Shown in pieces: positions 19,343-29,205 of a stretch of DNA of 64,000 nt. Made by a program: the position numbers and the translations under genes. Positions within the stretch are counted from its first letter, which is position 1, and each line of letters opens with the position of its first letter. The notes below the pieces were generated by a model. It saw nothing but the letters and a program-made list of their open reading frames with translations. It was not told the origin of the DNA and did no database searches. Where the stretch lies: positions 4,096,001 to 4,160,000 of the forward strand of contig OY771506.1 in NCBI GenBank assembly GCA_963674705.1. The letters are read 5' to 3'. Origin of the DNA: Phycisphaeraceae bacterium (GTDB taxonomy: Bacteria > Planctomycetota > Phycisphaerae > Phycisphaerales > Phycisphaeraceae).

Positions 19343-19387
19343 GGACTTCTAATCCGCAGGTCACAGGTTCGAATCCTGTCGTGGGTA
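19343..19387 (+). repeat. attR: 45-bp copy of the tRNA-Arg 3' part
   Basis: Identical to 7211-7255. Confidence 0.95.
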
Positions 19388-19417
19388 TTTGATTCTGCTA
19401 TATGTTAGGATGACACC

Positions 19418-19978
19418 ATGCGACGCAAATGGTGGATCGCTGCAGCACTCTGTGCCCTCTACCTGGGCTCTTACCTCTACTTCTCAGTAAACGGGCAATT
19501 CTTAACCGCAGGCCACGGGGGTTCTGATTATTCGCGTGAATGGTCGCCGATGTATCTGGTCATCGATACGACAAACGGCGGCCCGCGGCTGCATCGTGAC
19601 TTTACACCCCTCGGGTACTTCTACCTGCCGTGCATACTGCTTGACCGGCTCGTGTGGCACCCGGGGCCGAATAAATACCTGCCGGGGAAAGTGATCTACC
19701 ACAAAGACGTCAGCGATTGGCCCAGCCACCAGGATCGCACCGGCACATACTGGGTGAAGGACAATATCGAATACGTGGATAATGACAGCGATGGCATCAT
19801 CGATGTCCGAATCGAGACGCGCGAAGCAGGGCAGATCGTCTCGATTAAACGGAATGACACCGACCCCTACTTCATAACAGAAATGCACAGCTCCGACCAT
19901 CCGAGAGTCAACTTCAGATATGTCGACGAAGTGCCTGTCCCGACAACAGGCCAACCGACGCCATCGCCACAACAGTAG
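19418..19978 (+). CDS. Hypothetical exported/membrane protein
   Basis: N-terminal TM; TAGGAT 6 nt before ATG. Confidence 0.7.
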   Translation: MRRKWWIAAALCALYLGSYLYFSVNGQFLTAGHGGSDYSREWSPMYLVIDTTNGGPRLHRDFTPLGYFYLPCILLDRLVWHPGPNKYLPGKVIYHKDVSDWPSHQDRTGTYWVKDNIEYVDNDSDGIIDVRIETREAGQIVSIKRNDTDPYFITEMHSSDHPRVNFRYVDEVPVPTTGQPTPSPQQ

Positions 19979-20016
19979 GATCCCCCTTCATAAATCCGAA
20001 CCGGTTGTCAGCCTTA

Positions 20017-20382
20017 CTACGTGCCTTGACCATATCCACATGCAATAGTTGGACGTCGCTTTTGCACTGATCTGATAACTGCGGTGATCAGACGCCCCCA
20101 GACAATCCACTGAAACCCGCCGACGCAAAACAGATAAAACATGGCAGCGCCATTGGATGGCGCAGCCGCAGCAAGGTAAAAAGCCAACAACCCAATGGGA
20201 AAGTCCACAATCGGCCATAGGAGCCATAGTAATGCGCCATCTTCAAAACCAAACCTGTCAAACGGAACACACAACAGCGCAAACGCGATAAAGAAAACAG
20301 CACGAACCACAAAGAAGATGATTGGCAACTTCCAGGGGTGTAATATTGCACGATCCGGTGTTTGAACATCCAAAGCAATCAA
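20017..20382 (-). CDS. Hypothetical multi-TM protein with decayed Zn-ribbon tail
   Basis: Three hydrophobic segments; ends KRRPTIACGYGQGT. Confidence 0.55.
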   Translation of the reverse strand: MIALDVQTPDRAILHPWKLPIIFFVVRAVFFIAFALLCVPFDRFGFEDGALLWLLWPIVDFPIGLLAFYLAAAAPSNGAAMFYLFCVGGFQWIVWGRLITAVIRSVQKRRPTIACGYGQGT

Positions 20383-20611
20383 TCCCAGAACTCTCGATGC
20401 ATAGTCTTGTTACGACAGTATCAGCGGCCAAGCTCTGAAGCCGTACGCATATCCGGCTTATCAGGTTCATCAGTAATATCTCAACAATGTCAGATTATGT
20501 CTTGTGGATTCCGTAACAGGATTTACAATTATTGTATTGGATATCGCAATTAGGACATGGGCGGGCTGCACAACTCGTAGGCACTTGAACTACAACGGAG
20601 GCCCTTCAACC

Positions 20612-21694
20612 ATGTCAAATAACATCACAAAGCTTTTATGCGTAGCGGTGCTGTGCTATTCAGCCTCAGCCATGGCTTCGTGGAATGTTCTGTTTTCTGA
20701 GAACTTCGAAAGCTATAACAACACAACCGACATGCAAACAGTCTGGACGCCTTATTGGGAAGCCGGTGTATTCGTAACGCAGATCGATGATGATGTAAAC
20801 GGCACGCCGGAGGTCGCTGGCAAGTTCGCGTACCATCCGGGTGGGGGGTATGACTACATCAACCTGCCTTCGTCTGTCGTGCCGACAGACTATCAATGGC
20901 TGCGTCTCTCGGTGGATATCTACGACAACGACACATCACTTGATCCCTACGCACCCCTGAGCCCGGCTGTAAAACGGGCGACGCTGGGCATGAGAAACAG
21001 CACCGTCGGTGAGAATATCCTCGAGTTGGGCATGTATGCCGCCACCGCACACTACGCTTATCGCGCGATTCTCTTTGACGATCCGGGCGCCGAGCCAAAC
21101 TGGGACGCGTGGGACCTCGGCACAGAGCAAGTTGATGGACAGACCTTGCCGGTCAATCGTTTCCGCGGCGCGGGTTGGATCCGCTATACCGTCACGATCG
21201 CTCCGACGATGCTGGTCTTCGATATAGATCTCGGTCGAGACGGCAAGATCGATGGTTCTATCACCTACACAAGCGGCGTCACCACTACCGCCAATGGCTA
21301 CGACCAGATCCGCTTCGGCGGCCCCTCCGGCGTAACCTCCGCAGGCGGCGGCGTCACCTACGACAACATCCTGCTCGAATACATCTCCGCTGCAAACCCG
21401 CCCCCGCCGGGCGACGTCGACCGCGACGGCTTCGTAGGCCTGGCCGACCTGGACCTCGTCTTAAACAACTGGAACCAAACCGTCCCACCCGCCGACCCAC
21501 GAGCCGATCCCAACGGCGACAACTACATCGGCCTGCAAGACCTCGACTTCATCCTCCACAATTGGAACGCAGGCACGCCACAACCAGCCATCATCCCCGA
21601 GCCCACAGCATCATGTCTGCTTGTTTTAAGTGGTTTGGCATTGCTGGGTCGCAGACTACCCAACCACAACAGGTCTGTGAAACTGGAGCATTAG
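20612..21694 (+). CDS. PEP-CTERM protein with dockerin-like domain
   Basis: GGAGG RBS, signal peptide, GDVDRDGFVGLADLDLVLNNWN repeat, IPEP-TM-RR. Confidence 0.85.
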   Translation: MSNNITKLLCVAVLCYSASAMASWNVLFSENFESYNNTTDMQTVWTPYWEAGVFVTQIDDDVNGTPEVAGKFAYHPGGGYDYINLPSSVVPTDYQWLRLSVDIYDNDTSLDPYAPLSPAVKRATLGMRNSTVGENILELGMYAATAHYAYRAILFDDPGAEPNWDAWDLGTEQVDGQTLPVNRFRGAGWIRYTVTIAPTMLVFDIDLGRDGKIDGSITYTSGVTTTANGYDQIRFGGPSGVTSAGGGVTYDNILLEYISAANPPPPGDVDRDGFVGLADLDLVLNNWNQTVPPADPRADPNGDNYIGLQDLDFILHNWNAGTPQPAIIPEPTASCLLVLSGLALLGRRLPNHNRSVKLEH

Positions 21695-21818
21695 TGGGTA
21701 ACCATACGGGCGGTGTTCGAGCAAGGGGTAATATCCGGGGATTCCGGGGGTGGGTAGGACACCCAAATCGACTGAATCCAACCTGCCGATTGTGTAGTTA
21801 CTTTTTCCCAAACCTGGC

Positions 21819-22148
21819 TTATATTACCTCTCCGCATTCTGGGCACTCTAGTCGTGTTAAACCTTTGAGAACGTATCCGCACTTTCGGCAGTGGCACTCG
21901 TTGTGAATCTTCTTCCGAAGAGCTTGACCAATCAACAAAGAAACGACACAACCCACGGCAACCGGCGGAACACAATAACGTGACAGGCTATCAACCAACA
22001 TCCATAAAGAACTCAAGTTGTTGTAGCTAAGTGTCCCAACCGAATACCAGATAATGATATACGCAAGCAAAAACGCCAAAATACCCGATAACACGGCCAC
22101 GATGAATCTAATGGCTGCCCATGTGGTGTGTTGCATGTTTTTATCCAT
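21819..22148 (-). CDS. Membrane protein with C-terminal CxxCGY..CPECG Zn ribbon
   Basis: Two TM segments then CRKCGYVLKGLTRLECPECGEVI. Confidence 0.75.
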   Translation of the reverse strand: MDKNMQHTTWAAIRFIVAVLSGILAFLLAYIIIWYSVGTLSYNNLSSLWMLVDSLSRYCVPPVAVGCVVSLLIGQALRKKIHNECHCRKCGYVLKGLTRLECPECGEVI

Positions 22149-22180
22149 TGAGTTTCATTATCGACTTCAAAGGTTGAGCT

Positions 22181-22651
22181 TTATACCTTCTCCCCACACT
22201 CAGGACAGGCAGCCGATCCCTTGCTGCCGCGCAGGTCGTAGCCGCAGGCGGAACAACATCCGGCCGGATGCATCCCGGGCCGCCAGCGAAACAAAACAAC
22301 CAACGGCCAGGCGTATAGCAGCAGCATCGGCAGCCATAGCGGGATGACATAAACGTAAGCTCCTCCGATATCGACGATCCGAGGCAACCCAAATATCTCC
22401 TCGACCCGTTTGTCACTGCGAGATAGGCGTGTAATCCATAACCCATCCATTCTCTTATGGGGGTCATCTAAGTGAATGAATGCAATATTTGCACGCCCGT
22501 CACCTACCTCTAACTCAAAGCCCGGGTGGTAATAGTGCGTTTTCCAAAAAGGCGAAGTCAACCAACCGGCGTTGACCAAGACCGCCAGCATCAGCACAAA
22601 TATCAGCGCCCCCCGATACACCCACCCATGTTTATCGCGCAACCGACTCAT
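22181..22651 (-). CDS. Membrane protein with C-terminal Zn ribbon
   Basis: Two TM segments then CSACGYDLRGSKGSAACPECGEKV. Confidence 0.78.
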   Translation of the reverse strand: MSRLRDKHGWVYRGALIFVLMLAVLVNAGWLTSPFWKTHYYHPGFELEVGDGRANIAFIHLDDPHKRMDGLWITRLSRSDKRVEEIFGLPRIVDIGGAYVYVIPLWLPMLLLYAWPLVVLFRWRPGMHPAGCCSACGYDLRGSKGSAACPECGEKV

Positions 22652-22719
22652 GACGCTTAATCATCATGGAGACTGCATGTAGAGTCAACATGTCAGCAAG
22701 TAGCATGGGTTGCCGTCCT

Positions 22720-22938
22720 GTAGGGTGGCGTTAAGCGAAGCGCAACCCACCACGGTGAAGTCGTGGCAGACGAATACAGATTCGCCTCGATCGTACGGGA
22801 CGTGTGAAGCTGGTTATTGAATTGTCGTGAGAGAACAACAAAGTAGAATTATAGCGGCACGCTTGGCCGGCAATGAATGGCCTTGTGTAATTGGATGTGC
22901 ATCTGCGGTGGGCTGCGCTTCGCTTAACCGCACCCTAT
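22720..22938. repeat. Inverted pair of GTAG-type REP sequences (REPIN-like)
   Basis: 22720-22751 gtagggtggcgttaagcgaagcgcaacccacc and its near reverse complement at 22907-22938. Confidence 0.75.
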
Positions 22939-22990
22939 GCCGGAGTGGGAACCCATGCTACTTGCTGCAATCAAATCAAGACCCCAGAGT

Positions 22991-23419
22991 CTACCCCTCG
23001 GCACCACCCACCGATTTCTCTGTGATAGCCTCCCCGCACTCCGGGCAGGTGGCCGATTCCTTGCTGCCGCGCAGGTCGTAGTTGCAGGCGGGGCAGTGGC
23101 CAGGGGGAGGCCAACGTCCCGGCCAGAAACGATACGCGATGTAAAACGGGCCGACAATTGGAAAGATCGCAAGCAGAGCCCATAGGACAGCGCCCCGTCT
23201 TGATAACGTAAAGCCGATGCCCCCAACGATTGCGGTGATGGTGCCGACGATCATCGACCAGAAACTGAAGCGGATGATGGCGAACTCTGATGCATGATGG
23301 ACAGAACTGCCCACATGACTCGCAAATACCACGACTACCGTGCTCGTGGCCATTAAGATCAACCACAAGACTGTCCCGGTGGACCAATCAGATTCGGATT
23401 GCTTGTGCTCCCGGCTCAT
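22991..23419 (-). CDS. Membrane protein with C-terminal Zn ribbon
   Basis: Three TM segments then CPACNYDLRGSKESATCPECGEAI. Confidence 0.78.
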   Translation of the reverse strand: MSREHKQSESDWSTGTVLWLILMATSTVVVVFASHVGSSVHHASEFAIIRFSFWSMIVGTITAIVGGIGFTLSRRGAVLWALLAIFPIVGPFYIAYRFWPGRWPPPGHCPACNYDLRGSKESATCPECGEAITEKSVGGAEG

Positions 23420-23720
23420 GGTTGTTCATCATCCCGGCGACAGACAAGCACGTCAACCAGCCCGCCCTCAGCACCTTCGCAGGTCACATAGGCCGGAATT
23501 GGGGCCGCTCGGCAGGCCGCTACCCGGCGCAACCAACTGACACCTTAACGCGCTTCGGCGCAACGAAACGACGTTTACAGAAGGTTTCAGGACGGAACAC
23601 GGAATCACACCATTTCGACGTTAAGCCCCACAACGGCAGCGGCTTAATTGTCATTTGTGTGCAAACACCGCTACGCCTTCTAACCCGCTGGCCACAGGTT
23701 TAAACGCTTTATGACCAACT

Positions 23721-24368
23721 TCAATGCTTCCGCCGACTCAACACACAACCCGCAATCACCGCAAAAACCATAACCGACGCAGGCTCGGGGACGGAACTTG
23801 CCGGGCCGAGGGCGAAGGTGGTCAGGTGGGTGGTTTTGCAGACGACCATCGGTTCGCCTGCGGGGCTTATGCCCGTGGTGCATGTTTCATCTTCGATACG
23901 CCAGACGGAGGGATCAACGCTTTCATCCAGGTAGCCCAGCGCCGCGTTGGCGATGTCGTCGGCGGTCAGGCCGGGGATGACGAAGCCGATCGAGATGCCA
24001 TTGGGGAAGTCGGTGATCGGTTCGTTGGTTGCGATGTCAAACAGTTTGATATCGAATTCGTAGGCGTTGAACGGCTCAGCGATCCCATCATCTAAGAGCA
24101 CATCCATCGCAAGTTCAAAGCGGACGGGTTGGCCCGAGAAGAAGTCGCCGGGGTTGAACACTATCGTCTTCGGCTCGTAAAGCGGGTTCTCGCCTGAGTT
24201 GGTGTTTTCTTCATAGAGCGGATTGGACACGCTCATGGGCTCGTCGATCAATTCATCCCACTCGGCAAGAAGCAGGTCCGGCCGTTTGCGGATCCTGGCG
24301 TCTGCTGAGGATACCGCGACACCCAGAAACAATAAGCACAACGCGTACACGAACGTGCGATAGAACAT
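23721..24368 (-). CDS. PEP-CTERM protein with tandem NPLY and GPS/GAIN-like motif
   Basis: Signal peptide, SNPLYEENTNSGENPLYE, W....C...C.TTHLTTFAL, VPEP-TM-RRKH. Confidence 0.82.
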   Translation of the reverse strand: MFYRTFVYALCLLFLGVAVSSADARIRKRPDLLLAEWDELIDEPMSVSNPLYEENTNSGENPLYEPKTIVFNPGDFFSGQPVRFELAMDVLLDDGIAEPFNAYEFDIKLFDIATNEPITDFPNGISIGFVIPGLTADDIANAALGYLDESVDPSVWRIEDETCTTGISPAGEPMVVCKTTHLTTFALGPASSVPEPASVMVFAVIAGCVLSRRKH

Positions 24369-24535
24369 GGACTTTCTCCCTATCAAACTGGATATGACTT
24401 CCGCCCTATACGCCGGCTAACGAGCCAGCTTCGATAACTACTATACAGATTTATACTTCAGCATCAAAGAAAAAAAACAGAGACCGGTAAGACCGATCTC
24501 TGTAAGCAAGTTGATTTGAGTTTGCCTGATCCAAT

Positions 24536-25165
24536 TCACGCACGGCGACGCAGCAATGCTAAACCGCCGAGTCCGAGCAGAGCCATCGAGGCAGGCTCGG
24601 GAATGACCGAAGCGTCGTCGAGATAGACGTTCTGATTGAGAGCGCCGCCGAAGCTCTGGATCGCGTAGACGACACGTGCGGTATCCGCGCCGGCCGGGAC
24701 GTTATCCGTCAGCGTGATGAGGGTGTATTCACTGGTCAGTGACGGGACGAGGTTTGGCGTACGAGAGATCTCCGTATTGCTGACCGAGTCGCGCCATTCG
24801 ATACGCATCTCCGAACCACCGCTATCCAGACCGACGTTCTTGGCCCAGACGGAGAAAGTGATCTCTTCACCTTCTGACAGACCTTCCACATCCTGGAACG
24901 CGCCGGCGAAGTTGTTCGCCTGATTATCGATCACCAGTTCCAGGTGCTGTGCGCCGCTAAGGGGCATCACCGTGCTGTTGAACGATGCAGCAGTCCCGCC
25001 GCCGCTGAACGCTTCCCAGAAGCCGACGAACGGCGGGCCGTCATACGTCACCGGGTCTTCAAAACCGGCGTTCGACAACAGGTTCGCTTGCACAACGGAA
25101 CCCGAAACCGCAACGACTAAAGCCGAAGCTAGCATTTTCAAATGAGGTACTTTTAATCGCATCAT
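24536..25165 (-). CDS. PEP-CTERM protein (CBM4/9-like jelly roll)
   Basis: GGAGG RBS, signal peptide, NLLSNAGFE, YLDDAS, IPEP-TM-RRR. Confidence 0.85.
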   Translation of the reverse strand: MMRLKVPHLKMLASALVVAVSGSVVQANLLSNAGFEDPVTYDGPPFVGFWEAFSGGGTAASFNSTVMPLSGAQHLELVIDNQANNFAGAFQDVEGLSEGEEITFSVWAKNVGLDSGGSEMRIEWRDSVSNTEISRTPNLVPSLTSEYTLITLTDNVPAGADTARVVYAIQSFGGALNQNVYLDDASVIPEPASMALLGLGGLALLRRRA

Positions 25166-25440
25166 TTCTGCCCTCCAAGCAAATGTGAAAATCAATCACT
25201 CTATGGATTCAACCAAGCATGCGTACAAAGATATGCACACGCTCCTTTATTATCCGAGACGACATCTCTTAGTCAATAGTTATCCGCCATGTAACGAAAT
25301 TACATTTAGACCGATTGCGATACACAGAATCGCTTCTGCATGTGCATCGCGTCTCCTTCTTGCGGCACCTGCTGTCCAATCCGTCAACAACGGACGTATT
25401 AATCTGTTAATCAACATCCTGCGGAAATTGTTTACTCAGC

Positions 25441-26739
25441 TCAATCTACACGCTCGCGTTTTGCAGAAATACCTAATACACCGGCCACCAAAAGCACAAT
25501 ACACGCCGGCTCAGGCACATTGTTCACACGCCAGATACGCTGATCCGTCGTGACAAAATCGCTTGTCTGGAAGGTTAGTTGATCGTTGTTGTTCAGATCG
25601 CCCAGGCGGATGATGGAAAAGAAGTTATCTTCGCCGTTGATGCTGGTGGTGACGCCGGTGCGAACGAGCAAGTCGTTGAAGGGGTCGCCGCCTGTAAAGA
25701 TGCCTGTCTCGAAGACGCCGGGCGATACCTCGACGCTTGCCTGGAAGACGACGGTGCCGTTGTCGTTGAACCGAATCTCATCGAATGAATCGAATGCGCC
25801 GCTGGTATCAGCGATCTTCGTAAAACTGAACGGTGTTCCGAAAGCCGAGGGCGTCGACACATAAATGCCGGGCGTCAGCGACTGCGAGCCGTCGGGCGTT
25901 CCGCCGCCGGGCAGCGGGGGATCGAAGTAGTTGATCGTGATGTTGCTGTAAAGAATGAACGCGACGTCGCCGTTATTGTTCATTGCGAGCTTCGGCTGGA
26001 CACCGACGCTCGTACGCTCGACCGCTGTCTCCATCGTCGCCAGGCCTTCGTTCGGTGAATCGAAGATGAGGATGCCGCGCGACAGGCCGTTGTTCGGATC
26101 GGTGTATTCCATCTGGATCGCGACCGCGCCGCTATTGTTCACATCAAACGGCAGGTTGTTGTAGAAAGTACCGCTTCCCTGTCGCAACACCTGTTCCGGA
26201 TTGCCCTGCGTTGCGGTGTAAAGTGCGCCGTTACCATCCTGAATATTGCTGAACGCGATCGTGCCGTTGCCTGACATCGCTAAACGATTCTGAGGATTCG
26301 GGACCGGCGGCGGGCCAAAGACCTGTTCGACTTCAAAGACGGTTGAGAAAGAAGCGCCCGTTGTATCCGTGCGATACACGCCACGAAAATCATGCGGCGT
26401 AGCGCTGCGCGTGCCGACGAAAGCCAGGTTATTCGCCGAATCAATCTTCACCACAGCAGGATTGATATAACCCGTGGTCGAATAGTCCGCAGCGCTTAAC
26501 GGATTCACACCGTCACCTGAAAAGAACACGGGTGTATTTGTTGAAATAGTTGATCCCGCAAATACAACCTTCCCGTTCTCCGCGATCGATGGCCGGATGC
26601 TGCCATCGATAAAATTCACACCGCCGACAAAGTCCTGTCCGATGATGTCAAAACTCGGTGCCGCCGAAACATTCACTGATGCAATACCCAACGCAACAGT
26701 TACAACCATCGCGCGGCCCGCCCAATTGCCAGTTTTCAC
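25441..26739 (-). CDS. PEP-CTERM protein with repeated NNxGxVAF (beta-propeller-like) units
   Basis: Signal peptide, NNSGAVAI/NNNGDVAF/NDNGTVVF repeats, VPEP-TM. Confidence 0.83.
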   Translation of the reverse strand: MKTGNWAGRAMVVTVALGIASVNVSAAPSFDIIGQDFVGGVNFIDGSIRPSIAENGKVVFAGSTISTNTPVFFSGDGVNPLSAADYSTTGYINPAVVKIDSANNLAFVGTRSATPHDFRGVYRTDTTGASFSTVFEVEQVFGPPPVPNPQNRLAMSGNGTIAFSNIQDGNGALYTATQGNPEQVLRQGSGTFYNNLPFDVNNSGAVAIQMEYTDPNNGLSRGILIFDSPNEGLATMETAVERTSVGVQPKLAMNNNGDVAFILYSNITINYFDPPLPGGGTPDGSQSLTPGIYVSTPSAFGTPFSFTKIADTSGAFDSFDEIRFNDNGTVVFQASVEVSPGVFETGIFTGGDPFNDLLVRTGVTTSINGEDNFFSIIRLGDLNNNDQLTFQTSDFVTTDQRIWRVNNVPEPACIVLLVAGVLGISAKRERVD

Positions 26740-26883
26740 GTGTTACCTCCCGCTGGTTTAGAAAAGAAACAGACGAAGCATCATTGTCTCAACACAATGA
26801 TAAATCGTCAATGTGTTTGCACATTTCTTGCGACAGCCCGATCGTTAATTTTTCATCGCATCCGAGAGGATATTACGATCTGA

Positions 26884-27633
26884 TTACACGCTGTTGTTCA
26901 CCGCACTATTCAATAGCACCCGAGGCCGTTCGATCGTCATCTGATCGACGACTTGCTGCCCGAACTCATCAACGACCATTTGCAAACCATCCAATCGGCT
27001 GGATAGATCACTCGGGCGATGCATGTCGATCGCCATGATCCAGTACCGGCCTTCCTGCAGGAACTGTCGCACCCGCTGGTCAGGCAGGTAACCATCCTCA
27101 CCGGTCATGCACCGGAAGTTGCCTTGCAGCAGCACACCGCGCGCGGTGACTTCATCCAGATGTTTTTCCAGATCCTTCTGCATCCCGATGCGCTCCGGGT
27201 GCGCGAGGATGGGTTTGTAGCCCTCACTCATCAGCCAGTCGAACGTCTTGTCCGCGTACTTCGGCCAATGGTCTTCCCAGAAGTCAGTCAACACATACTT
27301 CGTGTCCCCCAGTGTCTGCACGCCCACCGCCTTCAGCCAGTCGATGCACTTATCAAACAGCCGAAGCTCACCGCCCGGCCAAAGCCTGTAATCGATCCCC
27401 TCATCAGCCAGGTTCTTTGACAACGTCTGGACCCACAATTTCACATTGGCGGGCGTATTGTCCGGAAACAGCTCCGGCAACATGTGCGGCGTGCAGATCG
27501 TGCCGGCGTACCCGATCTTCTTGAGCATCTGGATACTGGCAATCGACTCGCCGACATCCACGCAGCCATCATCCACGCCCGGGATCATGTGGCTGTGAAT
27601 ATCGATTCGTCCGGTAGGGGGGATGGGGGGCAT
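26884..27633 (-). CDS. CpsB/CapC-family PHP tyrosine phosphatase
   Basis: IDIHSH..PGVDDG, TPH, AHPER, DMH. Confidence 0.88.
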   Translation of the reverse strand: MPPIPPTGRIDIHSHMIPGVDDGCVDVGESIASIQMLKKIGYAGTICTPHMLPELFPDNTPANVKLWVQTLSKNLADEGIDYRLWPGGELRLFDKCIDWLKAVGVQTLGDTKYVLTDFWEDHWPKYADKTFDWLMSEGYKPILAHPERIGMQKDLEKHLDEVTARGVLLQGNFRCMTGEDGYLPDQRVRQFLQEGRYWIMAIDMHRPSDLSSRLDGLQMVVDEFGQQVVDQMTIERPRVLLNSAVNNSV

Positions 27634-27706
27634 GGTGTACGTCTTTATCGTTGATTCTCGTGTTAATTAATCTCGCAAATTACCGATTAGTTGGGCCATT
27701 CTAGCA

Positions 27707-27840
27707 GAATGACGAAACTCGAATTCACGAATGACGAAAGAATGACAAATGCTCCAATGTCCAATGGCATGAAGCCGATACTCGGTCATTTGGTATTTGA
27801 ACATTGATTCGTCATTCGAATATTCGTCATTCGTGCATTT
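27707..27840. repeat. Heptamer-built palindrome (GAATGAC family)
   Basis: Degenerate gaatgac units followed by their complements gtcattc. Confidence 0.8.
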
Positions 27841-29140
27841 ACTCCCCGGGGTACGTCCGGTTGATCCATGAAATCCCGGTAAGCGGCTCTTGTGCAAGGT
27901 GCAATCGCGCCATCTGCAGTGCACACATGGCCGACCGTTCACGCACCTGCGGCCGGCCGCCGGGGAACTTCACCATAATCGCCTGCACGCTCGGTTCATC
28001 CGCATGCACGCGCGAAGCCAATCCCAACCAGACCGTACCCACCGGTTTTTCTTCCGTCCCGCCGCCGGGTCCGGCAACCCCGCTGACGGATAACGCGATA
28101 TCCGCACCGCTCCGCTCTAAAGCTCCATCCGCCATCGCACACACCGTCTGCCCGCTGACCGCGCCGTGCGCTTCAAGCACCTCACCAGGCACACCCAACT
28201 GCGCCTGTTTCATTTCATTCGTATACGTCACCCACCCGCCGATGTAGACATCGCTCGAACCCGCGATATCCGTCAGCATCTTGCCGATCAATCCGCCCGT
28301 ACAGCTTTCTGCTGTCGCTATCTTCAGCTTCCGCTTTCGCATTTCTTCGAGCAGAGCGGACGCCACCGTATCTTCATCACGCCCAAATACGATCGCTCCT
28401 AGTCTCTGCTTCACCTGCTCGATCGTCTCATCCAGCTTTGTTTTCGCCTCGGCCGGATCGGCAAACTCGCTGCGGATACGCACAGAAACAATCCCACTGG
28501 CGACCGTCGTACCAACCGTTGGATTCCGCTTGCGATCCATTAAATCTTCGATGATCTGCCCGACGGAAGACTCGCCCAGCCCGAAGGTGTTGATCTTCGT
28601 CGTCAGGATCGTCCGCCCGGCGCCTGCCTTTTGCTTGATCGCCGGTAAAACGCTCTCCGCATACATCGCCTTCATCTCAAACGGCACGCCCGGCATGACG
28701 AAAACCATCGCCTTGCCCAATGTCGCCCGGATACCCGGGGCCGTCCCCCTGGCGTTCGGGATACCCTTTGCCCCGACAGGCAACAATGCCTGCACGCGGT
28801 TCGCTTCGGTGATCGTCTTGCCTCGACCTGCGAAAAACGCCTCGATCGCTTTCAATCCCTCAGCATCTTCTTCCAGGTCAACCCCCATTGCCTGCGCCAG
28901 CGCCTGCCGCGTCAGATCATCCTTGGTCGGCCCTAATCCGCCGGTCACCAGCATGAGTTCCGCCTCGCCGCCTGCACGCACCATCGCCCGAGCGATCAGG
29001 TCCTGATCGTCTGCTATCGTCTCGTGGTAGCGCGTCCAGATACCCAGTTCCGCCAGCTTGGCCGCCAGGTAGGCGGTGTTTGTATCCACTGTCTGGCCAA
29101 GGGCTAATTCATCACCGATCGAGAGAATGACTGCTTGCAT
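27839..29140 (-). CDS. cinA: CinA (MoCF-biosynthesis domain + NMN deamidase PncC)
   Basis: IGDEL..G...DTN, GGLGPTKDDLT, AESCTGG, GAVS, SGVAGPGGG. Confidence 0.92.
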   Translation of the reverse strand: MQAVILSIGDELALGQTVDTNTAYLAAKLAELGIWTRYHETIADDQDLIARAMVRAGGEAELMLVTGGLGPTKDDLTRQALAQAMGVDLEEDAEGLKAIEAFFAGRGKTITEANRVQALLPVGAKGIPNARGTAPGIRATLGKAMVFVMPGVPFEMKAMYAESVLPAIKQKAGAGRTILTTKINTFGLGESSVGQIIEDLMDRKRNPTVGTTVASGIVSVRIRSEFADPAEAKTKLDETIEQVKQRLGAIVFGRDEDTVASALLEEMRKRKLKIATAESCTGGLIGKMLTDIAGSSDVYIGGWVTYTNEMKQAQLGVPGEVLEAHGAVSGQTVCAMADGALERSGADIALSVSGVAGPGGGTEEKPVGTVWLGLASRVHADEPSVQAIMVKFPGGRPQVRERSAMCALQMARLHLAQEPLTGISWINRTYPGE

Positions 29141-29205
29141 GGCCTGATTGTAAGGCCCAAAACCCCGCCGTGCCCGATCACGCTGATACCCCTATAATCC
29201 CAACC

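Larger units (their letters stand above)
7211..19387. mobile_element. ~12.1-kb tRNA-Arg-integrated element, phage-satellite/PICI-like
   Basis: Perfect 45-bp direct repeat of the tRNA 3' part at both ends, tyrosine integrase, xis/rep-like operon, visibly AT-richer than flanks, no recognisable tail genes. Confidence 0.92.

Noticed and set aside
19343..19387. Second tRNA-Arg gene
   Set aside because: Lacks the 5' acceptor strand and D arm; it is attR
21819..23419. Integron cassette array
   Set aside because: No attC-type RYYYAAC...GTTRRRY structures recognised between genes and no integron integrase
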